From an uncultured virus (IMG/VR IMGVR_UViG_3300035502_000498) (lineage: Duplodnaviria; Heunggongvirae; Uroviricota; Caudoviricetes), in the IMG/VR virus record IMGVR_UViG_3300035502_000498: DNA of 64,000 nucleotides; one strand, written 5' to 3'. The notes under the pieces were generated by a model. It did not search any database. It saw only the letters and a program-made list of their open reading frames with translations, and had not been told where the DNA came from. A program made the position numbers and the translations under genes. Positions 30,410-40,356 of this stretch are shown in pieces (positions within the stretch are counted from its first letter, which is position 1; every line of letters begins with the position of its first letter).

Positions 30410-30557
30410 ACAGAATAAACAATTAGAAGAAGATCTTCAACTTGAAGCCGCAGGATTCACCAGAGCAGATATTGAAGAAATGGATAGAAGATCAAATGAA
30501 CCTTCTACTTCGTGGGAAGATTTTCTAAAGGAGATTGGCTATGATTTCAGAGATTAA
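30393..30557 (+). CDS. Antitoxin-like acidic peptide C
   Basis: MKSEIEQNKQLEEDLQLEAAGFTRADIEEMDRRSNEPSTSWEDFLKEIGYDFRD. Confidence 0.7.
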   Translation: MKSEIEQNKQLEEDLQLEAAGFTRADIEEMDRRSNEPSTSWEDFLKEIGYDFRD

Positions 30558-30702
30558 GAAATTAGATTCACTTGAAGTAGCTGGATTCACCCAAGAAGAA
30601 CTGGAAGAAATGGATAGACGCTATGCAAATGCACTTGCAGGAAATGAATCTTCATGGGATGAATTTATGAAGGAGATTGGCTATGAAAGCTCTAATTCAT
30701 AA
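30541..30702 (+). CDS. Antitoxin-like acidic peptide D (53 aa, not in ORF track)
   Basis: MISEIKKLDSLEVAGFTQEELEEMDRRYANALAGNESSWDEFMKEIGYESSNS. Confidence 0.7.
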   Translation: MISEIKKLDSLEVAGFTQEELEEMDRRYANALAGNESSWDEFMKEIGYESSNS

Positions 30703-31183
30703 ACTGCTAATGATTAAAGATAATGTTGAATATGGATATGAACAACTTCATGAATGGGCAAGTCCACTTAAAAGGAGGCAATCTCAGATAGAAGCATCTT
30801 CGGATACTTATGTAGAACATCTTGTGAAAATAATTATCTATGGAGAAAGTTATCCAGAAACTATAAATCATTGGACTGCAGAATTCATGGCACCATTAAA
30901 AGATTCAGTTCGTGTGAGTCTTAAGTCAACAGGAAAACCACCTGAACCATATCAACTCAATAAATGGCTACTGAAATCTGTGGAAACAAAAGAAGATCTA
31001 ACTGGTATGATCAATTATGTAATCAATCCTTGGAAATATTCAAGAACTCCTCGAGAAATAGACTCAGAAGACGTTCTTCTTAAGATTAAACAGTTTACAA
31101 GTTATGTCACAGAATTGGCTTATGAAGGAAAAATTTCTAAAGATCTAGTAGACAACTATGTTCAAGACATATTGCTAAGATAA
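30683..31183 (+). CDS. DUF29-like helical protein, paralog 1
   Basis: SQIEASSDTYVEHLVKIIIY...NHWTAEF resembles the DUF29 S..L..HLLK..Y....W..EI pattern. Confidence 0.55.
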   Translation: MKALIHKLLMIKDNVEYGYEQLHEWASPLKRRQSQIEASSDTYVEHLVKIIIYGESYPETINHWTAEFMAPLKDSVRVSLKSTGKPPEPYQLNKWLLKSVETKEDLTGMINYVINPWKYSRTPREIDSEDVLLKIKQFTSYVTELAYEGKISKDLVDNYVQDILLR

Positions 31184-31207
31184 TTCTTTATTAAAGAAAG
31201 GACTAAT

Positions 31208-31714
31208 ATGAAAGATCTAGTTCATAAAATAATGGAACAAGTTTATAATGCTCAATACCAATGTGGCAAACTATATGAATTTGCCACACCAATTGGAAAG
31301 ATTCATGCAAAAGTGAAATCTTTAGCAGAACCGATTATCATGCACATATTGAAAGTATTGTACTACGGAGAATCAAACTCAGAACTTAAAGAACATTGGA
31401 CTATAGAAATAGAAACTTTTCTGCAACAGACAATTAGTAGTACCATTAAAGGAACGAATAAGCATCCAAGTGCAGAACAACTTTATTCTTGGCTTACAGA
31501 TGAACCAATGGAAACAATAAAAGATTTTGAAGGCTTATTAAGAGTTGTTTTGGCTAAAGGAAGATCTTATCAAGGACAAGAAAAAGCTCTTTCTTCTGAA
31601 GATGCATACGAACGCACTCAGGAATTTTTGCATAAAGTCACTAAAGATTTGGCAGATTTAAATCTAACTCATTCAAGACTGGAAGAATATGTTCAGAACA
31701 TATTGCTAAGATAG
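31208..31714 (+). CDS. DUF29-like helical protein, paralog 2
   Basis: VKSLAEPIIMHILKVLYY...EHWTIEI. Confidence 0.55.
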   Translation: MKDLVHKIMEQVYNAQYQCGKLYEFATPIGKIHAKVKSLAEPIIMHILKVLYYGESNSELKEHWTIEIETFLQQTISSTIKGTNKHPSAEQLYSWLTDEPMETIKDFEGLLRVVLAKGRSYQGQEKALSSEDAYERTQEFLHKVTKDLADLNLTHSRLEEYVQNILLR

Positions 31715-31739
31715 CTCTCTATTAAAAGAAAGGCTCAAC

Positions 31740-32207
31740 ATGGAACTTAAAAGAATCATACATACACTTATGGAATTTTCTTCAGAAACAGATCAATTAA
31801 AATCCAAGATCTATTCAATGTCAGATATATTCTCAGAACATGTTTGCAAGATTGTATTCTATACCTCTGTTGATACAAGTTGGTACATATCTGTGTATAA
31901 AAGTTTGGTTCCAACTATGAAGAAAATCAAAAGTAAATCCAAGAGATTAAGTGCAGAAACAATAACTTCTTTATTGTATGATCCAAATTTCGAAGATATG
32001 GAAGATTTTGAAAGTTATTTGAATACAGAATTTGAAGCAATTACATATAACGAGGGGTTTAAGTATCTAAATCGAAGAGATATTTCTAGCGAAGAAGCCT
32101 TTTCCAGGATTAAGACTTTTTGGTCTCATGTTCTGCCATTATGTAAAGCAGGAAAACTCACTAGAGAACAATGCACACATTTCTGTCAAGAAGATCTGGA
32201 GAGGTAA
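31740..32207 (+). CDS. DUF29-like helical protein, paralog 3
   Basis: KIYSMSDIFSEHVCKIVFY...SWYISV. Confidence 0.5.
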   Translation: MELKRIIHTLMEFSSETDQLKSKIYSMSDIFSEHVCKIVFYTSVDTSWYISVYKSLVPTMKKIKSKSKRLSAETITSLLYDPNFEDMEDFESYLNTEFEAITYNEGFKYLNRRDISSEEAFSRIKTFWSHVLPLCKAGKLTREQCTHFCQEDLER

Positions 32208-32212
32208 ATAAA

Positions 32213-32689
32213 ATGGAACTTAAAAGAATCATACATACACTTATGGAAAATGTTGAATATGGATGTGATTGTCTATATGAATTTGTTACGCCAATTGGAA
32301 AAGTTCGTACAAGAGTTAAATCCTTGGCAGAACCAATTATAGATCATTTAGCAAAAGCAATTTTGTATAAAGACATTTATCCTCAGTATCTAGATCATTG
32401 GTGCAAAGAATTGTATGCATTCTTTGTTTCTTGTATGAAAGTCAAAATTCAAAGCACAAATAGATACCCAGATTCAAAACAATTAAAGTCTTGGATTTTG
32501 GAATATTATTCCGATTCAAGCGATATGGAAGGAATTAAGGCATATCTGGCAGTTAAATATGGAGATAATGCTTTTATGTCAGATGAAGAATTGTATTCCA
32601 AGTTGGTTCAAGCATTGGATCAGATTTTGCCTTCAGTTGCAGAAAGAAATATAGATTGGATTAAGATTAAGCAGATTATTTGTGATTAA
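32213..32689 (+). CDS. DUF29-like helical protein, paralog 4
   Basis: VKSLAEPIIDHLAKAILY...DHWCKEL; start refined after GAGG. Confidence 0.55.
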   Translation: MELKRIIHTLMENVEYGCDCLYEFVTPIGKVRTRVKSLAEPIIDHLAKAILYKDIYPQYLDHWCKELYAFFVSCMKVKIQSTNRYPDSKQLKSWILEYYSDSSDMEGIKAYLAVKYGDNAFMSDEELYSKLVQALDQILPSVAERNIDWIKIKQIICD

Positions 32690-32786
32690 TGTCGTATTCA
32701 ATTCTCAGAACTGTTCTATAATTATAATTCAGAATTTCTAATTATAAAGTTGAAACACACGTACATAATCAAGAAAGGAAAGAATT

Positions 32787-33302
32787 ATGGTAGAAATTAA
32801 AACAGTTCAAGCAAAGTACAACATTAGAATAGCTGCTCTGGATGGGGTTATTATTCCAGAAGATACTAAATCAGTTAACAAGTGGACTCCAATCCGACAT
32901 GGAGTTCTTCTTAATGAATATATGAAATGGTGCAAAAATCATAATGGTACAAAACAGCAATTTGCTCATTCAATCATTACAGGAATCAATGCAGGATTTT
33001 ACCCTATTCTGGAACCAAATGTATGCGATACCGATGCATACACTGCACCAACAGTTATTTCAATTATGTCTCAGATAGATTGGTGGGGTCAATCAGAGAA
33101 CAAAGTTTGGGTCACAGAAAAAGACAGCACAGAAAAGTCCTTCTATCCAAACAATCTCATGATTCTCACATCGGAGCAAAAAGCATCCGAAGCAAGACGT
33201 TCAATTGAAAAAGAAGCACAAGTTGCTCAAATGAAAACTTTCTTAAGTACTCTTCCACCAGAGTCTGTGGAAGCACTTAAGACTGCTCTTGAAACTAAAT
33301 AA
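32787..33302 (+). CDS. Hypothetical protein
   Basis: AAGGA RBS, 171 aa. Confidence 0.6.
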   Translation: MVEIKTVQAKYNIRIAALDGVIIPEDTKSVNKWTPIRHGVLLNEYMKWCKNHNGTKQQFAHSIITGINAGFYPILEPNVCDTDAYTAPTVISIMSQIDWWGQSENKVWVTEKDSTEKSFYPNNLMILTSEQKASEARRSIEKEAQVAQMKTFLSTLPPESVEALKTALETK

Positions 33303-33329
33303 AAAAAAAAACAAGAAAGGAACTATACT

Positions 33330-33833
33330 ATGAAGAAAATAATTAATAGACTAAAAACATTATGGACTCTAAGCTCATTGGATCCAAAAGAAATAGATAA
33401 TCTTATGGATATAGCTGCAAAATATTTCACTTATGAAGAGATACTTCAAGACTATTTAAAGAGAATTTATCCTTCTCTAGATAGTTTTCTTGAAGATTAT
33501 AAAGGAACTTATTTGGCATATTTGGAGCCTGCTTATTTAGATCACTTGGTTTATCTTGCTTCAGAAGAACTTGATGCAGTTGATTTTATTAAAGGCTCAG
33601 GAAAATTTCTTGCAGGTTCTTTCTTAATGCCTTCTTATAAAACTGTATTCCAATATGTTGAAGAAGTCAGAAACATGTGCAAAGAAAATCCAGAAAAAGA
33701 ATCTGTATCAACTATTTCTTTATCCGCAGATGACATGGACAGAATATCTTCAGTGATTCATCAATTAGAAGAAAGTTCAAATAAAACTGCTCAATCTTCT
33801 GCAATATTCTTTTCATCAATATTTAAGTTATAG
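33330..33833 (+). CDS. Hypothetical protein
   Basis: AAGGA RBS, 167 aa; hairpin at 33869-33902 follows. Confidence 0.6.
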   Translation: MKKIINRLKTLWTLSSLDPKEIDNLMDIAAKYFTYEEILQDYLKRIYPSLDSFLEDYKGTYLAYLEPAYLDHLVYLASEELDAVDFIKGSGKFLAGSFLMPSYKTVFQYVEEVRNMCKENPEKESVSTISLSADDMDRISSVIHQLEESSNKTAQSSAIFFSSIFKL

Positions 33834-33941
33834 AAAATATACTCCAAATCATAGCTATTATTGGTCTTAAATTAGGATGGAGCTAGTTCTTCATCCTAAT
33901 TTCTTGCTCCAGAATTAATCTTTTCATAAGGAGAATACTTC

Positions 33942-34166
33942 ATGGAAGATATGTCTATATCAGATAAACAAACCATAATGAGAACTATACAGGTTCTTAA
34001 TAGTTTTATTCAGAAAAGGAAGTATTCAAATCTTGCCAATGATATTAAACTTGTTATCACAACTCCAATAGGAGAAGAATTCGAAATCTTAACTGCTGCA
34101 GATGCTGAAGCATGTAAACTTCGAATGGAACGAATTCTAGATATGGAAAAGATGCTCTCTCGCTAG
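33942..34166 (+). CDS. Hypothetical protein
   Basis: AAGGAG RBS. Confidence 0.55.
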   Translation: MEDMSISDKQTIMRTIQVLNSFIQKRKYSNLANDIKLVITTPIGEEFEILTAADAEACKLRMERILDMEKMLSR

Positions 34167-34208
34167 CTTTAGATTAGAGTGTATTTCATACAGGAGAAGA
34201 ATTACATC

Positions 34209-35537
34209 ATGCTTTTAACAACAGACTATGCAAGCAGGAATATAGGAGATGTGTTTTTCACACTTCGTAATGATGCTACATTAAATGGAGCAGTTCCTTG
34301 TGATGGTTCAGAATATAGCGCTTCAGATTTTAGCACTATAAGCGAAGATGTCAATCCATATTCATTATGCGTTGCAGGTAGACTTCCAAATGTAGATTAT
34401 GCAACTTATAATCTTCAAGTTAAGAATAATGGATCTTGTGCATCTTTTGGCATAGATACTATAAATGGAAAATTCAAAGTTCCAACAATTAAGAACGTAT
34501 TCATAGAAGCAGGTGATACTTCTACTCTAGCTAAATACATGGCTCCAGGATTACCAAATATTACTGGTTCTGTTAAATTCACAGCTACAAATTCTACGTT
34601 GAGTACCGTGATATCTTCGAGTGGTTCCTTATCACATACGAAAGAATATGCATATGATGGAGCAATTGGTCAGATAGCTAATGCATCAGTAGGACCTTAT
34701 GCATCAGATTTAAATCTAGACGCTTCAAAATCTAGCTCAATCTATGGTGCTTCCAGCACAGTTCAACCAAAATCCCTTTTATTAAGACCAATGGTTCAAT
34801 TGGTAACTGTTTCTGGAAATACAGTTGTTGAAGGTTCTGATGGCAGTGATTCAGATACTGTAATCCCAACTTATACAATTCCTTATGTATTCGTTCCTGG
34901 AACGGAAGCAAAAGCAACCGAAGTGAATGCAAATTTCGATTATGTACTATCTATCCTTCGTGGATTTTCAATAGATGCAGCATCTGCAAAAGTAGTTCAT
35001 TTGGATGGAGATGAAATCATTACAGGACAAAAGACTTTTGTTACAAATCCAATTATATCTTCAATTGAAATCAAACCAGAATCTGGTTCACCTTATATAG
35101 ATTTCCACTATAATGGGGAAAGCTCAGATTATTCTGCAAGAATTATAGAAGGAACAAGAGGATACTTGCAATTGAATCAGAATCCACCAACAGATGATAG
35201 TTCAACGAAGATTGCAACTACGAATTGGGTAGCTGCGAAAGTCAGTGCATCATCCACATCAAAAACAACTATTCTTGCAACTCTTGCACCAAATCGCTCT
35301 GGTGCATATAGTATTAGCAGTGGTTGGACTGCACCAAAATATGGATGGGTCAGTTGGTATTCTGGCGCAAATGACAGATCAACTCGATACTTGTACATAA
35401 ATGGAGTTGAAGTTGGTTATCACAGTTCATATAAATACACAGACCCTCATAGAGTCGAATATATGGTAAGTCCTAACGATAAAGTAACATTTACAGCTGG
35501 AACAACTGCTAAGTTCTTCCCATGTAAAGGAGCATAA
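34209..35537 (+). CDS. Tail fibre protein with collar-like domain
   Basis: GAVPCDG, GLPNITGS...DASKSSSIYG.S.TVQP, VHLDGDEIITGQKTF, DDSSTKIATT.WV; start refined after AGGAG. Confidence 0.8.
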   Translation: MLLTTDYASRNIGDVFFTLRNDATLNGAVPCDGSEYSASDFSTISEDVNPYSLCVAGRLPNVDYATYNLQVKNNGSCASFGIDTINGKFKVPTIKNVFIEAGDTSTLAKYMAPGLPNITGSVKFTATNSTLSTVISSSGSLSHTKEYAYDGAIGQIANASVGPYASDLNLDASKSSSIYGASSTVQPKSLLLRPMVQLVTVSGNTVVEGSDGSDSDTVIPTYTIPYVFVPGTEAKATEVNANFDYVLSILRGFSIDAASAKVVHLDGDEIITGQKTFVTNPIISSIEIKPESGSPYIDFHYNGESSDYSARIIEGTRGYLQLNQNPPTDDSSTKIATTNWVAAKVSASSTSKTTILATLAPNRSGAYSISSGWTAPKYGWVSWYSGANDRSTRYLYINGVEVGYHSSYKYTDPHRVEYMVSPNDKVTFTAGTTAKFFPCKGA

Positions 35538-35550
35538 GGAGAGATAAGAT

Positions 35551-36159
35551 ATGTTTTATAGAGTAAGAAATAATAAAGTTTATGACTGGGGTGATTATAA
35601 GTATGAATCTGATTGCTCGGAGCTTAAAGACTATACTTCTTCTCAATATGAAGAATTGTCTTCATATTTCACAATATCCAAAGGAGTTTTAGTTCCACCT
35701 TCAAATGAAGATGAAATTTTATTGGCTCAAGCCAAGACTTCCAAATACACAGAGATCACAGATGCTTATGATTATGCAAATCAATATTATGTAATCAACT
35801 TATATGATAATATCTATGGAAATGTTTCTTGGTTGAATACATGGACAAAGGTTATCAATCTTTGCGAAAGCAATAATAAATCTGTAATCCCAAGTGCAGT
35901 TCGATATTATAAGAAAGCAGTTGGTCAATCCAAGTTTACAAATGTAAGCATTCAAGATGTTTCTCTTGATACTCTTAAGAAACAAAAACAATTATTGGAA
36001 AATGTTCAGTTCAGTATTCTTCAACCAAAAAGAAATGAATACTATGCACAACTCGAATCTGCAACTACAATAGAAGATGTAAATCTTATAGAAGTCAATT
36101 TTGGTCTAACAATTAATGAACAAGATCAATCAGATGTTGCAGAGAAAGTAGATCTCTAA
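35551..36159 (+). CDS. Tail fibre assembly/DUF4376-like protein
   Basis: LAQAKTSKYTEI...LESATTIEDVNLI pattern; follows fibre gene. Confidence 0.55.
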   Translation: MFYRVRNNKVYDWGDYKYESDCSELKDYTSSQYEELSSYFTISKGVLVPPSNEDEILLAQAKTSKYTEITDAYDYANQYYVINLYDNIYGNVSWLNTWTKVINLCESNNKSVIPSAVRYYKKAVGQSKFTNVSIQDVSLDTLKKQKQLLENVQFSILQPKRNEYYAQLESATTIEDVNLIEVNFGLTINEQDQSDVAEKVDL

Positions 36160-36212
36160 TTCTTCTATAAATTGAAGTATAGAAAACAGTTGTTCAGGAG
36201 ATCAATTAGCAT

Positions 36213-36509
36213 ATGTCTATTATCATAAATGGAAAGAAGATTGCTGGAACTTATAAAGTTCAAGATATAGGAGTTGCCACTACATCCAGTGCAGGTTTGG
36301 TCAAGCCCGATGGAGATACTATAACAATAGATTCAGATGGGACCATCCACGGATCCAAAGCAACATCTTTGGAATGGGGAAATATAACTGGCGACATTTC
36401 AAACCAAACGGACTTGCAAGATTTTATAAGTTCTGCAGGATTAAGTGCTGAATACAACGAAGATTCTGGAGAATTGGTGTTTACATCAAGTCAAGAGGGA
36501 ACTAAATAA
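36213..36509 (+). CDS. Short tail-fibre repeat protein
   Basis: ATTSSAGLVKPDGDTITIDSDGTI and WGNITGDISNQTDLQ motifs. Confidence 0.65.
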   Translation: MSIIINGKKIAGTYKVQDIGVATTSSAGLVKPDGDTITIDSDGTIHGSKATSLEWGNITGDISNQTDLQDFISSAGLSAEYNEDSGELVFTSSQEGTK

Positions 36510-36775
36510 TGTTACTAACCACAGATTATTCTATTTTAGACCAATATAGAGATGGAAAAACTTATGCAGTATTTGAATATATCATAGCAGAATATACTTT
36601 TGCTTATGATATTAATAATGAATTATGGTCAGTTTCAGATTTAATGGAATTGAATTCAGATAGTTCAGAACAAATTACTTATTATACAGATGCAGAATTT
36701 CTATCAATATATCAAGGTTGGATGAATGATGGATACAGCATAGGAATTGAAGAAGTTAAAGAGGAGGGTGTATAA
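36509..36775 (+). CDS. Hypothetical acidic protein
   Basis: Starts MLLTTDY like 34209. Confidence 0.55.
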   Translation: MLLTTDYSILDQYRDGKTYAVFEYIIAEYTFAYDINNELWSVSDLMELNSDSSEQITYYTDAEFLSIYQGWMNDGYSIGIEEVKEEGV

Positions 36776-37485
36776 TGGCAACAGCTACAATATATTATTT
36801 TACCATAAATGGAGTTGTGTCAGGGTTTACTTCAAGCAAATGGTATTGGAACTACTTTTACTGCAGTATAGCATATACAAATTTTAAAACCGATACCGAC
36901 AGTAAAACTATGACATATTATAGAGATGCTGCAGCGTCACCTGATAAATATGGTAACACCTATATTAGCATAACTTTAACCAACGGTGATACTCTTACTA
37001 TTCCAAGTAGTTATATGGAAGTAACAACTTCAGGTACGACAACTTATGTAACTTTCGACGCCATCTCTTATATAGATGATAATCCAAATTGTGGTTTAAC
37101 ATACGAGGGTCAAACTACTGATAACACTACAGAACCTTCAACTGGGGGGGTGCTACAATGGGGTTTAAAAATACAAGGTCCAGTAAAGTTTATTACTTTA
37201 ACTATAGACAGTGCAGAATTTCCTTACGAAGAGTTTACCAATGAAAATGATATTTTAACCTACAGTGGTACCACCGCTATAACAAGTTATAATGATATAA
37301 CTGTAACTACTACCAATGGGGTATATACTGTTGATGATAAGTATATTTCGGGGGGAAACACAAATGGTGAACCAAGTACAGATGATACAAGTGTAAGTGT
37401 TGACGACTTAAGTGGTGTAGAAGCTCCAGACTTAGGAGATATAAGTATAGAAGACGCAGCTAGTATGACCATAACAACACCTTAA
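36775..37485 (+). CDS. Thr-rich putative virion protein
   Basis: GAGGAGG RBS; beta-rich T/Y composition. Confidence 0.55.
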   Translation: MATATIYYFTINGVVSGFTSSKWYWNYFYCSIAYTNFKTDTDSKTMTYYRDAAASPDKYGNTYISITLTNGDTLTIPSSYMEVTTSGTTTYVTFDAISYIDDNPNCGLTYEGQTTDNTTEPSTGGVLQWGLKIQGPVKFITLTIDSAEFPYEEFTNENDILTYSGTTAITSYNDITVTTTNGVYTVDDKYISGGNTNGEPSTDDTSVSVDDLSGVEAPDLGDISIEDAASMTITTP

Positions 37486-37520
37486 CCAAACCAACATAAA
37501 CAAATAAAAAGGAAAACAAA

Positions 37521-39440
37521 ATGGCAGATGATTTAACCATAGACTTATACCAAATGGGTGTAGACAACCCTGATACAGGACTGGTAGAAACTCAAAGTGA
37601 TAGCACAGATAGCAGTGTTTCTACTGATACCGACAAATATATCAAATCAATTAAACTCCCAGATGGTACATCTTTTAAAGTAAAAGATGACGAAAGTGCA
37701 AACAAAGATTTAAGCAATTTATCAGATGATGGTAAAAAGGTTTTAGCTGAAAATGCAGGTAGTAGTTTACCCCTGTTTTCTACTATTTTAATGGATAAAG
37801 TGCTAGACTTTAGTGAGTCTAAAGGTCTTGCTTTACAAGGAACTTATGTTTACTCAACTGCTGTACCAGAGTTAAGGTATGGCTACCCAGACTTTGTAGC
37901 AAAGTGTATAGAAGAAATGAACGCAGGTGTAGCAACTGAAACAACGTTAGGTGATAACACTGTTACAATGTATGTAAATTCTAACGGACATCAGTTTTAT
38001 AATATAAGTGATAAAGACGCTATAGACACTTGGTTTAACACTTATGGTATAGCTGACTTCTATGGTGTGGATACGGAAAATCAAAGAGTGTTTTTGCCTC
38101 GTAATAAATACTTTATGCAGTTGACGGTTGATACTACTAAAGTAAACGAAATGAATAAGGCTGGATTGCCTAATATTACTGGGTCGATAGGGGATATATG
38201 GGCGACTAATACCTTAAACTCAAGTGGGGCTTTGGCAAAAACAACGACATCAGGTACCAAAGCGTCAACAGGTTCAGCTAATACTTATACTGTTTCTGTC
38301 AACGCTTCCAATAGTAACAGTATCTACGGCAACAGCGACACAGTACAACCACCATCAAGTAACAAACTACTTTACTACGTTGTTGGCAATACAGAACAAG
38401 AAAGCTCAATCACAGATGTAATAGACGTAACAACTACAGAAAATGACACAACGCCACTAGGCACAAGTAAGTATATGCAAGGCATACAGCCTAACTTATC
38501 TTGGTTAGCAAGTAACGGTCAGTGGAATGACGGTAATATGTATTTGACTTTCTACAATTATTACGTAACACAAATAGGTCAAAAGTTTGCAAGTGGTTAT
38601 GTCAAAGATAGCACTGATGATTATGATGACTATGACTTGGTAATAAATCAATCTGATATGACGTTTAGGTTGCCGTTGTTGACTAAAGAGATATTTCCTG
38701 CGAAAACATCTGCAGAAACTGTTTTAGAAACTTTTACTACCACTACCGATGGAACTTGGGAATATTCTACGTTTACAGCGCCTGAAAGCGCTTGGTATAG
38801 TATAATATGTACAGGTATTATCACAAGTGGAGCTACAAGAGCTTGTATTATAAGCTTATATGGAACAGTTTATGGGGCACGTAATGCTGAATATGGCGCA
38901 GGTAGAGATTTTGGTGCTGGTCCAATGTGGTTTAACAAAGGTGATACAATATACGTTGGGTCAGTAGAAGTTAAAACTAGAAAACTACGCTATTGTCAAG
39001 CAAATATACCACCTTTATACTTCAAAGTATCCAACGCAGTGGTAAACGAGGAGCTGTTGGATGTAAGTGAAGTCCTAGACAAAGCAGTGTTAAAAACATC
39101 ACTTAAAGAAGCTCACGTGGTGATAGACTCTTATGTAAACGGTACAAGTGGGTATAGAATATGGGATGACGGTTACTGCGAGCAGTGGGGAACTTGGGAT
39201 AACGGTTCACTAGCAAGTGATGTTGCTACAACCATAACTTATCTAAAGACTTTTGCTAATACCAATTATGTACTTGTAGCAAATGCGTGGAGAAATAATA
39301 ACTCAGCAACTAACAGAGATGTTACTACTAATATCTACTCTGAGACTACATCAAACTTCTCTGCAGGTTGGTATAGAGCTTATGCTACGGGTACGGCACA
39401 ATATTTATCTTGGCATGCTTGTGGGTATATAAATCTTTAG
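37521..39440 (+). CDS. Tail fibre protein with C-terminal gp53-like domain
   Basis: ANKDLSNLS, GLPNITG...IYGNSDTVQP, GYRIWDDGYCEQWG...TFANTNY...SWHACGY. Confidence 0.8.
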   Translation: MADDLTIDLYQMGVDNPDTGLVETQSDSTDSSVSTDTDKYIKSIKLPDGTSFKVKDDESANKDLSNLSDDGKKVLAENAGSSLPLFSTILMDKVLDFSESKGLALQGTYVYSTAVPELRYGYPDFVAKCIEEMNAGVATETTLGDNTVTMYVNSNGHQFYNISDKDAIDTWFNTYGIADFYGVDTENQRVFLPRNKYFMQLTVDTTKVNEMNKAGLPNITGSIGDIWATNTLNSSGALAKTTTSGTKASTGSANTYTVSVNASNSNSIYGNSDTVQPPSSNKLLYYVVGNTEQESSITDVIDVTTTENDTTPLGTSKYMQGIQPNLSWLASNGQWNDGNMYLTFYNYYVTQIGQKFASGYVKDSTDDYDDYDLVINQSDMTFRLPLLTKEIFPAKTSAETVLETFTTTTDGTWEYSTFTAPESAWYSIICTGIITSGATRACIISLYGTVYGARNAEYGAGRDFGAGPMWFNKGDTIYVGSVEVKTRKLRYCQANIPPLYFKVSNAVVNEELLDVSEVLDKAVLKTSLKEAHVVIDSYVNGTSGYRIWDDGYCEQWGTWDNGSLASDVATTITYLKTFANTNYVLVANAWRNNNSATNRDVTTNIYSETTSNFSAGWYRAYATGTAQYLSWHACGYINL

Positions 39441-39477
39441 TACTATATAACCCATAGCATAGAGAAAAAGGAGAAAG

Positions 39478-40338
39478 ATGTACGTATATAAAGATGATGA
39501 AGGATATAAGTTGCCTGCAGAGGTAGTAACCAAGCATTACAAAGAACCGAATGCCAACATTTGTGGCACACTCACTTTTAAAGATGATGTAATAAGTGGT
39601 TTTGGTTCAACTAACTATTTGAAAACTGCAGAAGCTATAAACTTCAACTCTGCTAGTACTTGGGAAATAGTTGTTAAAGCAAAATGTACAGCAGAAAGTG
39701 CAAACAGAGGTTTTATATCTACAGTAGTGAGATATAGTGGTATAAATGGTTATTATACATCTTCTAACACTTTAGCATTAGAACTTTCGTCAAGTGGTAC
39801 AAGCTTTGATATTGCACAACTTATAGGTAAAAGCACAATAACTACAGACACTTGGTTTTGGGCAAAATATGAATTTACTGGAAGTGCTTACAATTTCTAT
39901 TATTCATCTAATGGTATTAATTGGAATTTGGAAAATAGTGTATCGAGCACCACAAAAGTTAAAGCTAATACAAACTTTATCCTAGGTAATGACGACCAAT
40001 TAGGAACACCAGTATCAGGTTTGTATTTTGACCTTTCTGAGTGCTATATTAAACTAAATGATGATACTGTTTGGCGAGGTATAAATGAATATGATAAAGA
40101 AAGAAATAACTACTTCGCCCTCGACTACACAAACTTGAGTGTAAACAATTTGGTGTTAAGGACTATTAAGGATAACACTGAGAGTGGTGAAACTCCAAAT
40201 GAAACTCCAAATGAAACAGAGGGTGAAGGAACTGACCTTGGTAATAGTGGTACTGATAGCAGTGGTGGTCCTAGTACCAGTGACCCAAGTACAACAGTAA
40301 CATCGCCAGTAACACCTGCCGATAAAACACTAAAGTAA
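39478..40338 (+). CDS. LamG/concanavalin-like putative virion protein
   Basis: WEIVVK...TWFWAKYEFTG...FILGN...DLSECYIK beta-sandwich pattern. Confidence 0.55.
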   Translation: MYVYKDDEGYKLPAEVVTKHYKEPNANICGTLTFKDDVISGFGSTNYLKTAEAINFNSASTWEIVVKAKCTAESANRGFISTVVRYSGINGYYTSSNTLALELSSSGTSFDIAQLIGKSTITTDTWFWAKYEFTGSAYNFYYSSNGINWNLENSVSSTTKVKANTNFILGNDDQLGTPVSGLYFDLSECYIKLNDDTVWRGINEYDKERNNYFALDYTNLSVNNLVLRTIKDNTESGETPNETPNETEGEGTDLGNSGTDSSGGPSTSDPSTTVTSPVTPADKTLK

Positions 40339-40356
40339 ACCCATAGGAGAAATACA

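Noticed and set aside
29803..30702. CRISPR-like DNA repeats (CAACTTGAAGC.GC.GGATT, AAGGAGATTGGCTATGA)
   Set aside because: Explained by four paralogous small ORFs with RBSs
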